A stretch of 63,654 nt of DNA, the filler included, from Conidiobolus incongruus B7586 (lineage: Eukaryota): assembly GCA_000697335.1 (NCBI GenBank). It is 8 parts of 8 records of this genome, joined end to end, with 100 filler letters (N's around TTAATTAATTAA, not from the genome) between each part and the next. Parts side by side here need not be neighbours in the genome. Positions count along the whole stretch, not along the records: positions 1 to 30,688 come from JNEM01006466.1; 7 more parts are not named here. The stretch is one strand, 5' to 3'. Position 1 is the first letter of the stretch, and every line of letters begins with the position of its first letter. This document shows, one piece after another, positions 15,368 through 27,643 of this stretch. Position numbers and translations under genes: made by a program. The notes beneath the pieces were generated by a model, which made no database searches, was not told the DNA's origin, and saw nothing but the letters and a program-made list of their open reading frames with translations.

Positions 15368-17475
15368 CTTTGCTATTTTAACAATGTATTTGTTTAATCA
15401 TCAGAATCAAATTAACTCAAAATAATTTGATATTCAAGAGTTTTTATATATTCATTTTTTTACTGCATAAATTAATTTATGCGAATGATAATAGAATTTA
15501 TTTGAATTTTTTAAGTATATTAAATCAAATGATAAATCAAATTATCAATTAAGGTTTATTATATAATATTAAAAACTTTTTGAGGTTAATTAATATTAGA
15601 TTTAAGGTATACATTAACATAGCTTATTTTGATTGATTTATTTTGTGAATTAAACTTTTAATCAAATAATTTAATTGAATTCTCATCTCATATATAAATA
15701 AAATTCAATCCCATAATAACTTAATAAAATTTTTTTATTTATTTAAATCTGAAAATTTGGTTAGATTTTAGATTGCCGATTACTCATTAGAGTAATATTT
15801 CCTATATGTACTCAGAACAAATTCCTATTTAATTAGTTGGGAAATTTTGTGATTCCCGTACATTATAGTAATGTAGATTCTAATAGAGCTTTATCTTGCC
15901 CAAGGGTCATGTTTTATGACTTTAAGTGGAGATTAAAGTGTCAGATAAATCTTAAATTTTTATTAAAATCATATTATAATTTTAATATCAAAATTTTCAA
16001 ATAAAATTGATATATATATATATATATATCAATTTTATACTACAATTTCAAAAAAAAAGAATTGAATTATACCATTATAATCATAATATATAACCAAATT
16101 TATCTAGGAATTTAATAAATATTAAAATAATCTAACTCTATAAAGATATTAATATAATAAATCAAAGCGAAAAATAAAAACAAAAATTACAATATAATCA
16201 GGACTAAATGTTGCAAATAAAAGGGGAATCATAACTATTGATTTATTTCCTTTTAACTTTGTAAATTTTTATTTAAATAAAATTATACAAAGTAAAACTA
16301 ATATTGTTTATAACAACGAAAAATACTAGTTAATAATTGATTTGATTAAAACAGAAACCAAAAATGTAACTAATGTGTAAAATTTATTCACTATGAAATA
16401 GATTACGAAATAAAAAATTGTATGGTAATTTTTATAATTATATATCAATTAAAATTAAATATTTTTTAAAAAAACATTTGATTAACAAAAAATATATCAA
16501 TTTATATTAAAAATTATTACTTAAGTTTTACAAAAATAATAATTTGGTTTTTATTAATATTGAACTATTGAATTAAAAGAATCAAGTAATAAATACATTT
16601 AAATTCTAAGTTTAAGTTTTACTATAACTATATTTAATTATTCAATATTAAAAATATCTCTTTAATATTGAAACTATATCACATCTAAATGCTATTCTAT
16701 GTTGGTTGAATTTTATAGAACATTATTTGAGCAATAATAGTCATTTCAAACACAACATATTAGCTTGGATATCAATTATAAAAAATTTAAATATAATTTT
16801 TAGTGATAATATTAACTAGAATAACCGCGCGTTTCATCTCAGAATTGAATCGCTTAATATGAATTATAATTCAAAGAATTAAAAAAAATTGATACATTAT
16901 AATAATATATCTCAAAATTTTTATATCAAATTGAAAATTCAATTTAATTTAATTTACCAATTTTAATATAAAATATAAATTTACTTAACAATTAAATATA
17001 ATTATTACCATTAAGAGAGTAATAATTTAGAATATTAATTGAAAAATAATCCAAAGATTTTAATATAATGTACGGGAGTAAAGAGAAGTTTGGTTAAAAT
17101 GCAATTTCTTCCCCTTCATAATTGTACATAAAATTCGCAAATTTTTTAATATTGATAAAATGTTAAATTTAAATAAAAAAGTTTTTGAAATACAAATTAT
17201 GGGACTTTTTAAGAAATTTTTAATATTGAAAATTAAATAATACTTTTAAAAAATATATAGAAAACATAATAAATCTATAAAGTGATCAATCTATTCTTTT
17301 TCAAGTAGATATTAATTATTAGTATTTTAAATATTTTTATATCATTTATTAAAATAAATAAACTCTCTTATTTAAATATTTTTATTATCCCATAAATTCA
17401 AATAAACAAAATAAATTAACTAAACTAATCTGTATATATCAGCTGAATAACTCATTAAACAATTTCATTTAAATA

Positions 17476-18789
17476 ATGACTAGTCATAACAAAATAAACC
17501 GACGACTAAAGTCTTCCGATCCTATCAAACTTAACTGCAACTGCAATTCGGATGAAAGCCTCGTCATTTTATTCTATTCCTACTTCAAACTCGATAACCC
17601 CATCCATATTCACAAAGAGAATGAGGAATTAGTCAAAGAGCTCAATTTGACTGGTAAAGTCAGAATTGGTAACGAAGGAGTTAATATTACAGTAGCTGGT
17701 GATAAATGCAGCGTTGAGAGTTATGTGAACTATTGGTGTGAGTTCTTTAGTAAGCATGTGATTGATGCACCTTCCATTCCACATCTCAATGGTTTAGGCC
17801 AATCTAAAAATGATGTCGATCCTTTAGAGCTACAAAAATCTTTATTCACGGCTTCAGCGCCTTTCGAATGGACCCCATTCAAGATCAAGTTCTTCAAGCC
17901 GACGCCAGGATGTCGTCATGTCTTCGACGGAGCAAATGTCAAATTAATTGAGGAAATATGTCCCCTCGGTATTGAATCCAGCCGTTGGAATCCTTCCCTC
18001 GGGTGGACTGACAATAATGATACGATATTAAACAGAGAAAAGCTAAATCCTGAACAATTTCATCGCTATTTAACACAAGCTTCTCAAGAAGATTCTGATA
18101 TCATTTTACTAGATGTCAGAAATTATTATGAATCCAAAATTGGGAAATTCGAATCTGCTTGGTGTCCTCCTATCCGTTCGTTCAAAGGCCTACCCAGTTA
18201 TCTTAAGGATCACGAAGACAAATTGAAAGGAAAAACTTTATTGACATACTGTACGGGTGGAATTCGATGTGAAAAGGCAACTGCTTACATTCGTGACTTT
18301 ATTCAAGAGGATCTCATCTCCAAGAATGGTATAGGAATTAAAACTGTTAAAATGTTAGAAGGAGGTATTCACAACTATTTAGAATGGTGTAAAGCTAATA
18401 ATATTCAGGATACCAAGTGGTTAGGTAGGAATTATGTGTTTGATGCTAGGCAGTCTACCAATTTGGAATCTTATTCTATTCACACTACTAAATCAGACAA
18501 CTCATTGAATCAACCAGACTCTAATATCATCAAGGAAGATGTAAATAATTTAACATTCGGCACATGTACACTATGCCACAGTGAACAATACCACTTCATC
18601 AAGTGTCAAGCACCTCAATGCCATTTGATCTTAATCAGATGCCCTGACAAATGTGACACAGTCAATCCATACTGTTGTTCAGATTGCGAGCAATTCGATT
18701 TAAGATGTCAGGTTGACGAAAAACTACTAACCAAACCTAGGAATGCTTGCTCTTGTGAAATTTTAAGAAGAAAATTATTAAAAGAATAA
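17476..18789 (+). CDS. Rhodanese-domain protein of the TrhO/YceA/UPF0176 (TSTD2-like) family
   Basis: N-terminal LTGKVRIGNEGVNITVAG, LLDVRNYYESKIGKF, active-site YCTGGIRCEKA, LEGGIHNY, GRNYVFDAR and a Cys-rich C-terminus. Confidence 0.9.
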   Translation: MTSHNKINRRLKSSDPIKLNCNCNSDESLVILFYSYFKLDNPIHIHKENEELVKELNLTGKVRIGNEGVNITVAGDKCSVESYVNYWCEFFSKHVIDAPSIPHLNGLGQSKNDVDPLELQKSLFTASAPFEWTPFKIKFFKPTPGCRHVFDGANVKLIEEICPLGIESSRWNPSLGWTDNNDTILNREKLNPEQFHRYLTQASQEDSDIILLDVRNYYESKIGKFESAWCPPIRSFKGLPSYLKDHEDKLKGKTLLTYCTGGIRCEKATAYIRDFIQEDLISKNGIGIKTVKMLEGGIHNYLEWCKANNIQDTKWLGRNYVFDARQSTNLESYSIHTTKSDNSLNQPDSNIIKEDVNNLTFGTCTLCHSEQYHFIKCQAPQCHLILIRCPDKCDTVNPYCCSDCEQFDLRCQVDEKLLTKPRNACSCEILRRKLLKE

Positions 18790-19151
18790 TTATTTATTTA
18801 ATAAATTTAATTTTAATTATTTTTAGATATTTATTATTATTATTTTAATTGTTTTAATTATAAAGATAGATTGTATATAAGGAATAATAAATAAAAAATG
18901 TAAAAATTAATCCCATAACAACAATTTATAAATTGAAATATTAAATAACGGTATTAAGTTCAAAATCTATTTTCTTAAACTAAAAAATATAATCAGAGTA
19001 TTAAATATATATATATATATATATAATAAAAATAATAATAAAGTAAATAAATTAACAGTATTTTAATTATATATTTTTCAAAGGAATATTAATTTTTGAT
19101 TTTTATAATTATAGGTTTCAATATTGAATTTATAAATATTTTATATTCGCA

Positions 19152-20580
19152 ATGTTTTTAAATTTAATCAAAAATAATTTCCAGGTAATAATTAATATTG
19201 TATACTCTAATATTATGCATCTAACCTTCAAAAACCTCTAGATAATAAAACTTTTACCATCCCTAACCAGACGCTACACCAGTTCGATAACGGTGAACGA
19301 GCTACGTGAACAAGCGAAAGCTGAAGGCATCAGCAATCGCAAAAAGTTTATGAGTTATCAACCTAGCAACCAAACGTTTGAACTCATTGACAAATTAGGA
19401 TTATGTCAGATAAAAAATCAGAGATTTATGAAGTACAGACATCCTAGTCAGAGGAAGTGGGAGAATCATGTTGATGTAATAATCGATAATATTATCGAAT
19501 AATATTGATATTAATAAGTGGTTTATAGTTTCCTATTTTACAATTCTTTGCAGGTGCTAAAACAAAAGAAAGTTTTCCTCCAGATACTTTACCTGAAATT
19601 GCTGTTGTTGGTAATTATCATAATATCATCTATATTATTATTATATTCATAGAGGTTTAGGACGTTCCAACGTTGGTAAATCCAAATTAATTAATTCGTT
19701 ATGCTCTTCAACCGTTGTGAGAACTGCAGATCGTCCAGGTGTCACCAAACAGTTAAATTTTTATGAAGCTCACCAGCAGTTCCATTTGGTGGATATGCCA
19801 GGATATGGATTTGCTTATGCTAAGGAAGAAGTAAAACAAAGTTGGAGTCAATTGGTAATCAATATATTGATTTTAGTAATTATATAGTAATATTAACATA
19901 TTAGATTGAACATTATTTAACACAAAGAAAATCTTTTAAAATTTTATTAGTATTAGTAGATGGAAGACATAGTAAGTGATATAAAAATATTTATTTTTCT
20001 AAATTATTAATATTTAATTAGCTTTAAAGCCTGCAGATAGAGAATTTATGAATATGTTAGAATCGTAAGTTAATTTGTATATTATCAAATAACTATTATT
20101 AATTTTAATTTAGAAAAAAGATCAAATATCAGATAGTAATGACCAAATGTGATTTAGTAGTAAGACAAATTTTAGCTAGAAATTTGGAATTGATTCAAAA
20201 TGTAATTAAATTATCATATAATTAAATTATTATACTAAATGAATAATTAGGAAATTAAAAACTACAAATATGCTAATCAACGCATCATCCCTCTTAGTTC
20301 TGTAACATTCGCGGGTGTTAACGAATTAAGAAGATTTTTATTGCATACTGTGGGTATTCGTGTGAAATCTAAGACCTATTCCAATTTACCTACCCCAAAA
20401 TCAAATAAATCTTCCAAAACTTCCAAGAATTTTGAAGACTCTATTGATTCCAAGAAGAGAGCTGAAGAGAGGAAACAATTTTTAGAACAACAAGCTAATC
20501 CAGAGGCTAAGAGAGTGAGTAAATGGAAGAAGAAAAAAGAGAAGGAAGTGAGTCCAATGAAGGGTTTGTATGATGAATAG
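19152..20580 (+). CDS. engB: EngB/YihA/YsxC-family GTPase, probably mitochondrial; 8 exons
   Basis: Manual splice of GT-AG introns; approximate exons 19152-19184, 19242-19475, 19529-19610, 19661-19854, 19905-19971, 20022-20065, 20114-20201, 20251-20580. Yields LPEIAVVGRSNVGKS (G1), PGVT (G2), LVDMPGYG (G3) and MTKCD (G4), with a presequence-like N-terminus. Track ORFs 19293 and 20341 are pieces of this gene. Confidence 0.9.
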
Positions 20581-20610
20581 CCTAATAAATCTTTTATTTT
20601 TACATGTTAT

Positions 20611-21269
20611 TTAACCGTATAAGCGATTGGAATTGTAGTTGAAATAGCTGTCTAATATAAAGATGGATGGGAATATAAGACCAATAATAAAACTAATTAA
20701 CAGTATCCATTTTTCATAATTGGATAGTTGGAAAGATTGTTTCTATAAATAATGAAATATTAAGTTAACTATATAACAATAGTATATAATAAAGGAATAC
20801 CTTCTTATTTAACAACTGAAAATTTAATTTCAAACCATAATAACTCTGATAAAATAATTTAAATTGATTGAGCAATATTAGATATTTCTTCTGTTGTATA
20901 TTAATTTTTTCTGAATTTAATACATTAATATATTATGATAATACAGTTATTATCATAAATACCTTGAATAAAATTATAAATTTCATTGGTCTCTTCCATT
21001 TCGCTTTCCAAATTCTGTTGAATTGTGAGTAACTGATTTTTAAATTCTTCAATTTTAGTCTAATTTCATATTAATTAACAACATTATCAATATTTTAATT
21101 ATATATTTACTATATGGGTATCAATTATTCTAATAAGGCCATTATTTAAATTTAATTCCTTATAAATGCAACTATCATAAGCTTTTAAAATATTATCTAA
21201 TTGATTGGACTGGTCTTTTAAGCATTCTAATATATTTTGTTGTTCTGGTGTGTATTCTACTTTTGACAT
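20611..21269 (-). CDS. Hypothetical 165-aa coiled-coil protein with a C-terminal transmembrane anchor; 4 exons
   Basis: Exons 21269-21111, 21059-20963, 20910-20801, 20742-20611, joined by three 51-58 nt GT-AG introns into a stop-free frame: MSKVEYTPEQQNILECLKDQ...WILLISFIIGLIFPSIFILDSYFNYNSNRLYG*. Confidence 0.75.
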
Positions 21270-22277
21270 TATTTAATAATTATGTTTTTGAGATCGAATT
21301 TTTTGGTACTGAGTTTCAGGAATTTTTATTGTAATCGAAATCTGTTTATTATTATGGGATAATCAATTTTAATATATGTATTTAATATTTGAAGACAAAT
21401 TTGGTAATAATAATGAAATCTGAAGATTGAACAAATTATTAAGGTCAACTATAAAGTTAATTATAATTTCATTAGCAAAACACTAATTATAAGTTGAAAT
21501 CAATATTATTATAATGATTATTTTATATAATTTTATTATTTTTTTATATTGTTAAACAATATGGTGAATTCGAAATTCGTTATAAGTACTATTTAAAGCT
21601 ATTAATCCAGTTCATTAAGCTTTTTATATTTCAATCGTAATATTTAAAAATTTATAATTTTAAAATATTTTTTAAATTGAATTTTGATAGTCGAATTGAT
21701 AATAACTTTAATAAAATTTAAACTAACTTCAGAATCATTTTCATTGATCTCACAATCGAGTAAATAATTTGATACTATTATACATATACTTATTATGTCA
21801 TTATGTTAATTTTATTATACTTCTATTTAATAAGAGTACTTTTTGATTTTTACTTATAAAATTTTGTACAAAATATTATTAATTGAATAATTTAATAAAT
21901 TCAAAATTAATTAAATTTATCATCCCATAATTTGAAAATTCTTAACAGAATCAAGTTAGGTTACAAATTCAATTCAACCTACCACATCATCATATTTGAA
22001 AACTATCAAGGTGTATTAAAATTACTTATAAACAAAATCATCTTATAAAAAATATCTTTCAATTTATATTATTAAAAATATTATACCGTATATAATATTA
22101 TCATATCCGATTAAATTTTGGTACGTATATCGTTTCATTTATTTAAATATAATATTTTTTTCCTCAATTATAAACAATACAGTATATAATGTTCTTTCTA
22201 GTATTTAACTATTTAATATTTATTTTAGTTTATAAATAAGTATTCAAATATACAACTTGATTCCAAAATTCACTCAA

Positions 22278-25200
22278 ATGACTACCATAAGCCCTTTTCA
22301 ATCTCAAGTTTCTAGAGAATTAGAAACTAAAATATCTAATTTTAATAAACCAATCGACTTTGACTCCTTTTTCCAAGGTATATATTCTAATTCGAAATGA
22401 CATAGGTTTTACTAATTCATAACTATTAACAAGGTTTAACTTCTGGAGAATACTTAGACAATCCTCTATTTTCTAAATTCGTTGAAGTCAAATCTACCTC
22501 TGTTTTCCCCAAAGAAATTATTGACCATTCATCAGGTAATATTTTCACTATAATTACTTAAATTCATATTTAATATTTAATTTCAATACAGAATTAAATC
22601 AACCCGATAATATTTGGGGTTCATTAATAGAAATTAATCGAGTATTCGTAATTCAACAAAAGAAAATCTATTTTTGGAATCCTTTTGATGGGTAATTGCC
22701 ATCTCTATAAAATATATTCACCTTATTTTAACATCAATTCATAGATCTGATTTCATCTTTTATGAAGATTTGAAAGAACCATGCTATTCGTTAAAATTAG
22801 TTCAACCTAAACCTGGTATATTCAATTCTGACGTAAAACACATCTTATTACTTTGCCAGCAATCTCAAATTCAACTTATTGGAGTGAACATCTCTAACAA
22901 GGGTGAGTTAAGACTTATTCAAACTTCAATAGCAGTGCCTACCGGTCAGATCAAGTTTAATGATGCTATCTCTATACAGAATGGAAGAATCATTTTAGGA
23001 GGAACCGATGGACATCTTTATGAATTGATCTATCAACTTGAAGAAGGATTATTTAATAATGCATCTCGAATTGTCAATTTAACAGGGTCATCATGGGAGT
23101 TATTTTTGCCTAAACTCATGACACCATCCATTGATCCTATTCATCAAATTGTGGCTACGTCTCAATCCTCCAATTCCATCATCTATGTTCTCTATCACTC
23201 CGGCAAACTCAATGCTTATCTATTTGGACCTGAACCTAACTCTGACGCTAAATCTGTTGGAAGTATTGGAGATTTAGTCAAAGAAACCTTGAGATTAAGT
23301 AGTACATCCCCATATCACATCAGTCCAGATTTCAAAATTTTATCGATGCAACCTTCTCATAACTCATCACCTCGAGTAACCATATTTACTTCCAATGCTC
23401 TTCGACTTTATATTAGATATAGGCCTAATTTTGGCATTGATTTGGCCCATATTCGAAGATTCAGTCCTACGCATACCATTGAAGGAACTCCTCAATGTTA
23501 CTATAACGAAGGGGTTACTATCATCAATAATACTCCCACCTCTGCCACTGTTTCAATTCCATGTATCTCTTCAGTTAATTCGTCAAAATTTGTTGAAACC
23601 ATCACTTCTATACCTTTGTCTCATCCCGTTAAAGCCATTTTCAATTCTCCTCCAAATCCATTGCCTTCAGATGTCATTCCCAAGCCTTTGGCCAAACATT
23701 ATCAAGTATTTTCTCCTTTTAAGACACAATCTACTGGAGGTCCCTTATCATATTACATTCTCACCTCTTCATCTTTGATTAAATTGTCAATCCGCCGCCC
23801 TATTGATATATTAGTTGATGTCATCCTGTCTGATATCAACATTGAGGAGAGTATCAAATTACTTTTAACTGTGTATAGTCCTGTTGAATTAGGATTGATG
23901 TGTCTTGCCATTATGACTTACAACGCCTATGTCTTAGGAGGTGAGTTGTCAAAATTTCAGTCATATAACCTCACTCATCTTCAAATTGATCAAAAATTAA
24001 CACAATCCGCTACTAAAATATTCCTTTCTCTTAAAGAGGGATCAATCACCACTTCAACCAGTATTCCAAATGGTACCACAGGTAAATATTCATACATGAA
24101 GTTAATATGGATTAATATCATTAATCTTTTAATTGATATAGTACCTCTCGGAGTTGCAGTATTCTCTGCTACTATTACTAAGAGTACCCGACTTGAAATT
24201 GTTTTGGAATACTTTTCTCAGCTTATTGCACCTATTTACTTCGTAACTCCTTTCAAAACACAAACTGTCAAAGATCCTAGTAACGACAATACTCAAAAGG
24301 TTCTTGAGCTCCATATTGAGTATTCGGTTTTAATTTTCGTTAAAAACAATATCCAAAAACTTAACAATTTAATTCAACAATTGGAAAAGACCATGTATGA
24401 ATTCTCCATTGAAAAATCTACTGATATCAATTCAAGTTCTCAGGCTCAATTCAATATTACTGCTTCCGATAATGCTGTTGCCAAGCAAATTAAACACTTG
24501 GTGAACTCCTCTCTCCAAACCATTAGTTTGTTGGAAGTCTTAAATACTTTGAATTTGACTATATTAACTAAAGGAATGAATGAGCAAACTTTACAGAGCC
24601 TAGAAGGTTTGAAATTCAGTGAGTTTATTCATGCTGAATCACCCAATGTTTCTATTCAAGAATTAATTTCTCAAGTTGTCATCAAGAGTTTCACTTTTGA
24701 AATAGAAGGAAACCAATTGGTAGAAATTTTAGAGAAGAATTGCTCTTTGTTTTTTTCAAAGGATAAGATTTTCTTACTTCAAGCTCAAGAAAAATTCAAC
24801 CAAGTTATTGCCAATCCTTCTTTGGCCAAAGATTTATCTGACGCCCATAGAATGATATTGAAAGCCACATCTCAGTTGAACCACAACAATATTCCGAGCA
24901 TTTTAGACTTTTATTTCCAAACTGGCCTTTTCGAGCAAGGATTGGAGTTGGTGGTCCAAGTTGCACAGTATCAAGCCTCTGTATTAATGTCCCAGTCACC
25001 TTTTTCAGCTATTAATGCTCCAATCAACACATTCTTTATTTCTTCCGAAGATCGCTCTAACCAAAACGCTCAGTCCTATTACGATATTTGGATTCAAAGA
25101 GCCACTCATTGGCTTAAGTTATCTCATCCCGATTTAACTAATATCATTGATTTGAAAAATAGTAATCAAATTGTAAAACTTCATGTATCATTGATTAACT

Positions 25201-26326
25201 TCCTTAACCGTAATCATGATCCAATCCTTCACGCTACAATCTATGAATGGTACATAACCAACAAATGGCAAACTCTTTTACTTGAATACAAATCAACTGA
25301 GCTAACTGAGTTCCTGAGCAAATCCCCCACCGATATTACCAAACAGACTTTACTCTGGAGGATTTTAGTGCAACAAAACCGCCCCCTTGAAGCTGCCAAA
25401 TCGTTGTATCAGCTTGCCAGACGTGATGATATTGAGTCCACTTTGGATGATCGTATTGGCTATTTGACATCAGCATACAACTTAATCCAATCACAACCTC
25501 CTCTTCCCTTTGAGCACCCAATGCGCAATTTGCCTTCAGAAATTAATTATACTTTGCGCTTAGCCACCATCCAAATGGATATTTTGAATGAAATCAGCTC
25601 TTCTCCTTCAGATGACCGTAAGAGAGATATTGATTTATTAAGAAGAAAACTCTTCAGTGACCAAGATCTATTCTACACATTTGCTATCCGCTATGAACTC
25701 ACTCGCCCTCTCCTTAATATCTATCAATTAACAAATCTTCAAGATAACGAACTTTTGGTTGCTCTTTGGCAGAAAGTCATTCAACGCGCTGCTCTTCCTC
25801 ATCATCATTCACTTCGACAAGCTGAAGCTATCGGAAGGGAAATCGTTCAATTGAGCACCGAATTGATGAATACCTCCACTTTTCCTGTTGACACTATATT
25901 CTTACTTCTCAATATTTTTGCCTATCAGCATAAGGATGAAATCAATCCTAAGTGGTCTACCAAGGTTATGACTCAATGTGGTGTTCCTTATGAGACTTTA
26001 ATTGATTTGATTAATTCATGGACATTTCAAAAGGTAATACTATTTCATTTTTCATTTTTCATTTAAATCACTTATTAATGTATTTTACAACAGCTCCAAC
26101 CTTTTGATGAGCCTACATCTCTTCGCTATTTGGAACATTTATTAGAATCTATTTTGGAAGATTACTATTATGATAGCATTCGCAATAATAGGTTTGTCAC
26201 TTATTAAATACAATTTTTAAATAATATTAACTTTTATTTAGAAATGCCGAAATTACTCAAAAAATTTATGAACAATGGACTCAATGTAAACAATATAACC
26301 AAAGCCAAGCCACTACCACTGTCTAA
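22278..26326 (+). CDS. NUP170: Nucleoporin Nup170/Nup157/Nup155; about 7 exons
   Basis: The 1098-aa track ORF contains GRIILGGTDGHLYELIYQLEEG (N-terminal propeller) and LDDRIGYLTSA / LFYTFAIRYEL (C-terminal solenoid). Three short upstream exons start at ATG 22278, an in-frame intron lies at 24082-24141, and two downstream exons end at TAA 26326. Confidence 0.88.
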
Positions 26327-26474
26327 GAACTATTAATTATTATCAAATCATATTTATATTAACTATATGATTTATAAAACCCATGTAATAAAACTATACT
26401 TTATGATCACAAAATAAATTCTAGTAATCATTTTAATATAAATATACCCATGAATTATATTCAGATTTATTGAA

Positions 26475-27643
26475 CTAATTACTAAAATTTTGATGATTTG
26501 TAATGATCCATTGTAAAAACAATTTTGGAAATTGATTTGAAATTTCATGCACGTCTTTTAATTTGAATAATTTACGATATATTGATAGTATGAGCTTTCT
26601 AATTTTAAACGGTTCAAATAACTCTTGCCAACTGTTAAGCAGAATCTCTGGATCTTTGTGCATATAAACACCCATATATAATCCAACAAGAGAAGCATGC
26701 TTTAAAAGAACATGTCATTACTTTATTCTCACACTTACCAGCTGCCAGCCAGAAAATCAGAATTTGACTCTTGAATTTTACACTTCATGACAATATCTAC
26801 AGAACCAACAAGATCATAAACAGCATCAGTACATTCTCCATCAGTAGTCTCTTTCACTGTATTGTACCATTCCTTTTCTGTATTAAATTAATCACATTAT
26901 TAGCTTCAATATTTTTAGCAATCTTGAGTTTTTCATCAATAGATCTTGTAGCAATAACGATTGTTCCAATCAACTACTAAATCATTATAATTAGAGTAAT
27001 GAAACACTAGAGCGAATTTAAATATATATTTAATTTCGCCATTTGAACAGCTCCTAGACCCACTCCACTAGTTGAACCATGAGTGAAAATAGTTCGATCT
27101 AACAGCATTCAGTTTATCACTTACATCAAAATAAATTTATCACATTTTAATATCTTACTGTAATCAACTCTATGAATCAAACAAATTTAATTGGTAAGAT
27201 AGTTGATAAGAATATTAGCAGCTTCTTCCAATGGCAACCTTTCAGGCATATTCATAAGGGTCATTTCGTCAGATAAAATATATTGGGTCAACACATTCTA
27301 ATTTATACCGAATCCTTTATTGTTGACAATGAAATTGGAACCTTGGGCAGTGTTGATTACAACTCCTTAAAACTATGTTCAAATCAGTCGCTATAGATTG
27401 AATTTGAATTATATAGCTACTTACTTCCATACCCAATACAAAGGGAGCTTTTGGCTTTACTTAATATTTACCCTGAGCATAAAAACATATTCATTAAAAA
27501 TAATATATAATAGAATATATCATTTGTAAATATTCCAGAAAATTTAAACCAACAGCCATAATTTTAATCAAAACTTTACTATTTTTGACTTTATCAGGAA
27601 TTGGTATAAATCTACTAATTTTGAGTTCGACAATAATTTTCAT
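26475..27643 (-). pseudogene. Decayed NADPH:quinone oxidoreductase (MDR/QOR family)
   Basis: Minus-strand fragments VLIKIMAVGLNF, AQGKY*VKPKAPFVLGME, MPERLPLEEAA, IFTHGSTSGVGLGAVQMAK, VIATRSIDEKLKIAK, TDAVYDLVG, with several in-frame stops and frameshifts. Confidence 0.8.

Noticed and set aside
16003..16036. Palindrome AAAATTGA(TA)nTCAATTTT
   Set aside because: Mostly a self-complementary TA microsatellite in AT-rich DNA.
23395..25521. Short ORFs overlapping NUP170 (and similar ones over the C2H2, hydrolase, cyclin and S/T-rich genes)
   Set aside because: Alternate-frame or antisense shadows of real genes.
26771..26980. 69-aa plus-strand ORF
   Set aside because: Antisense to the QOR pseudogene.
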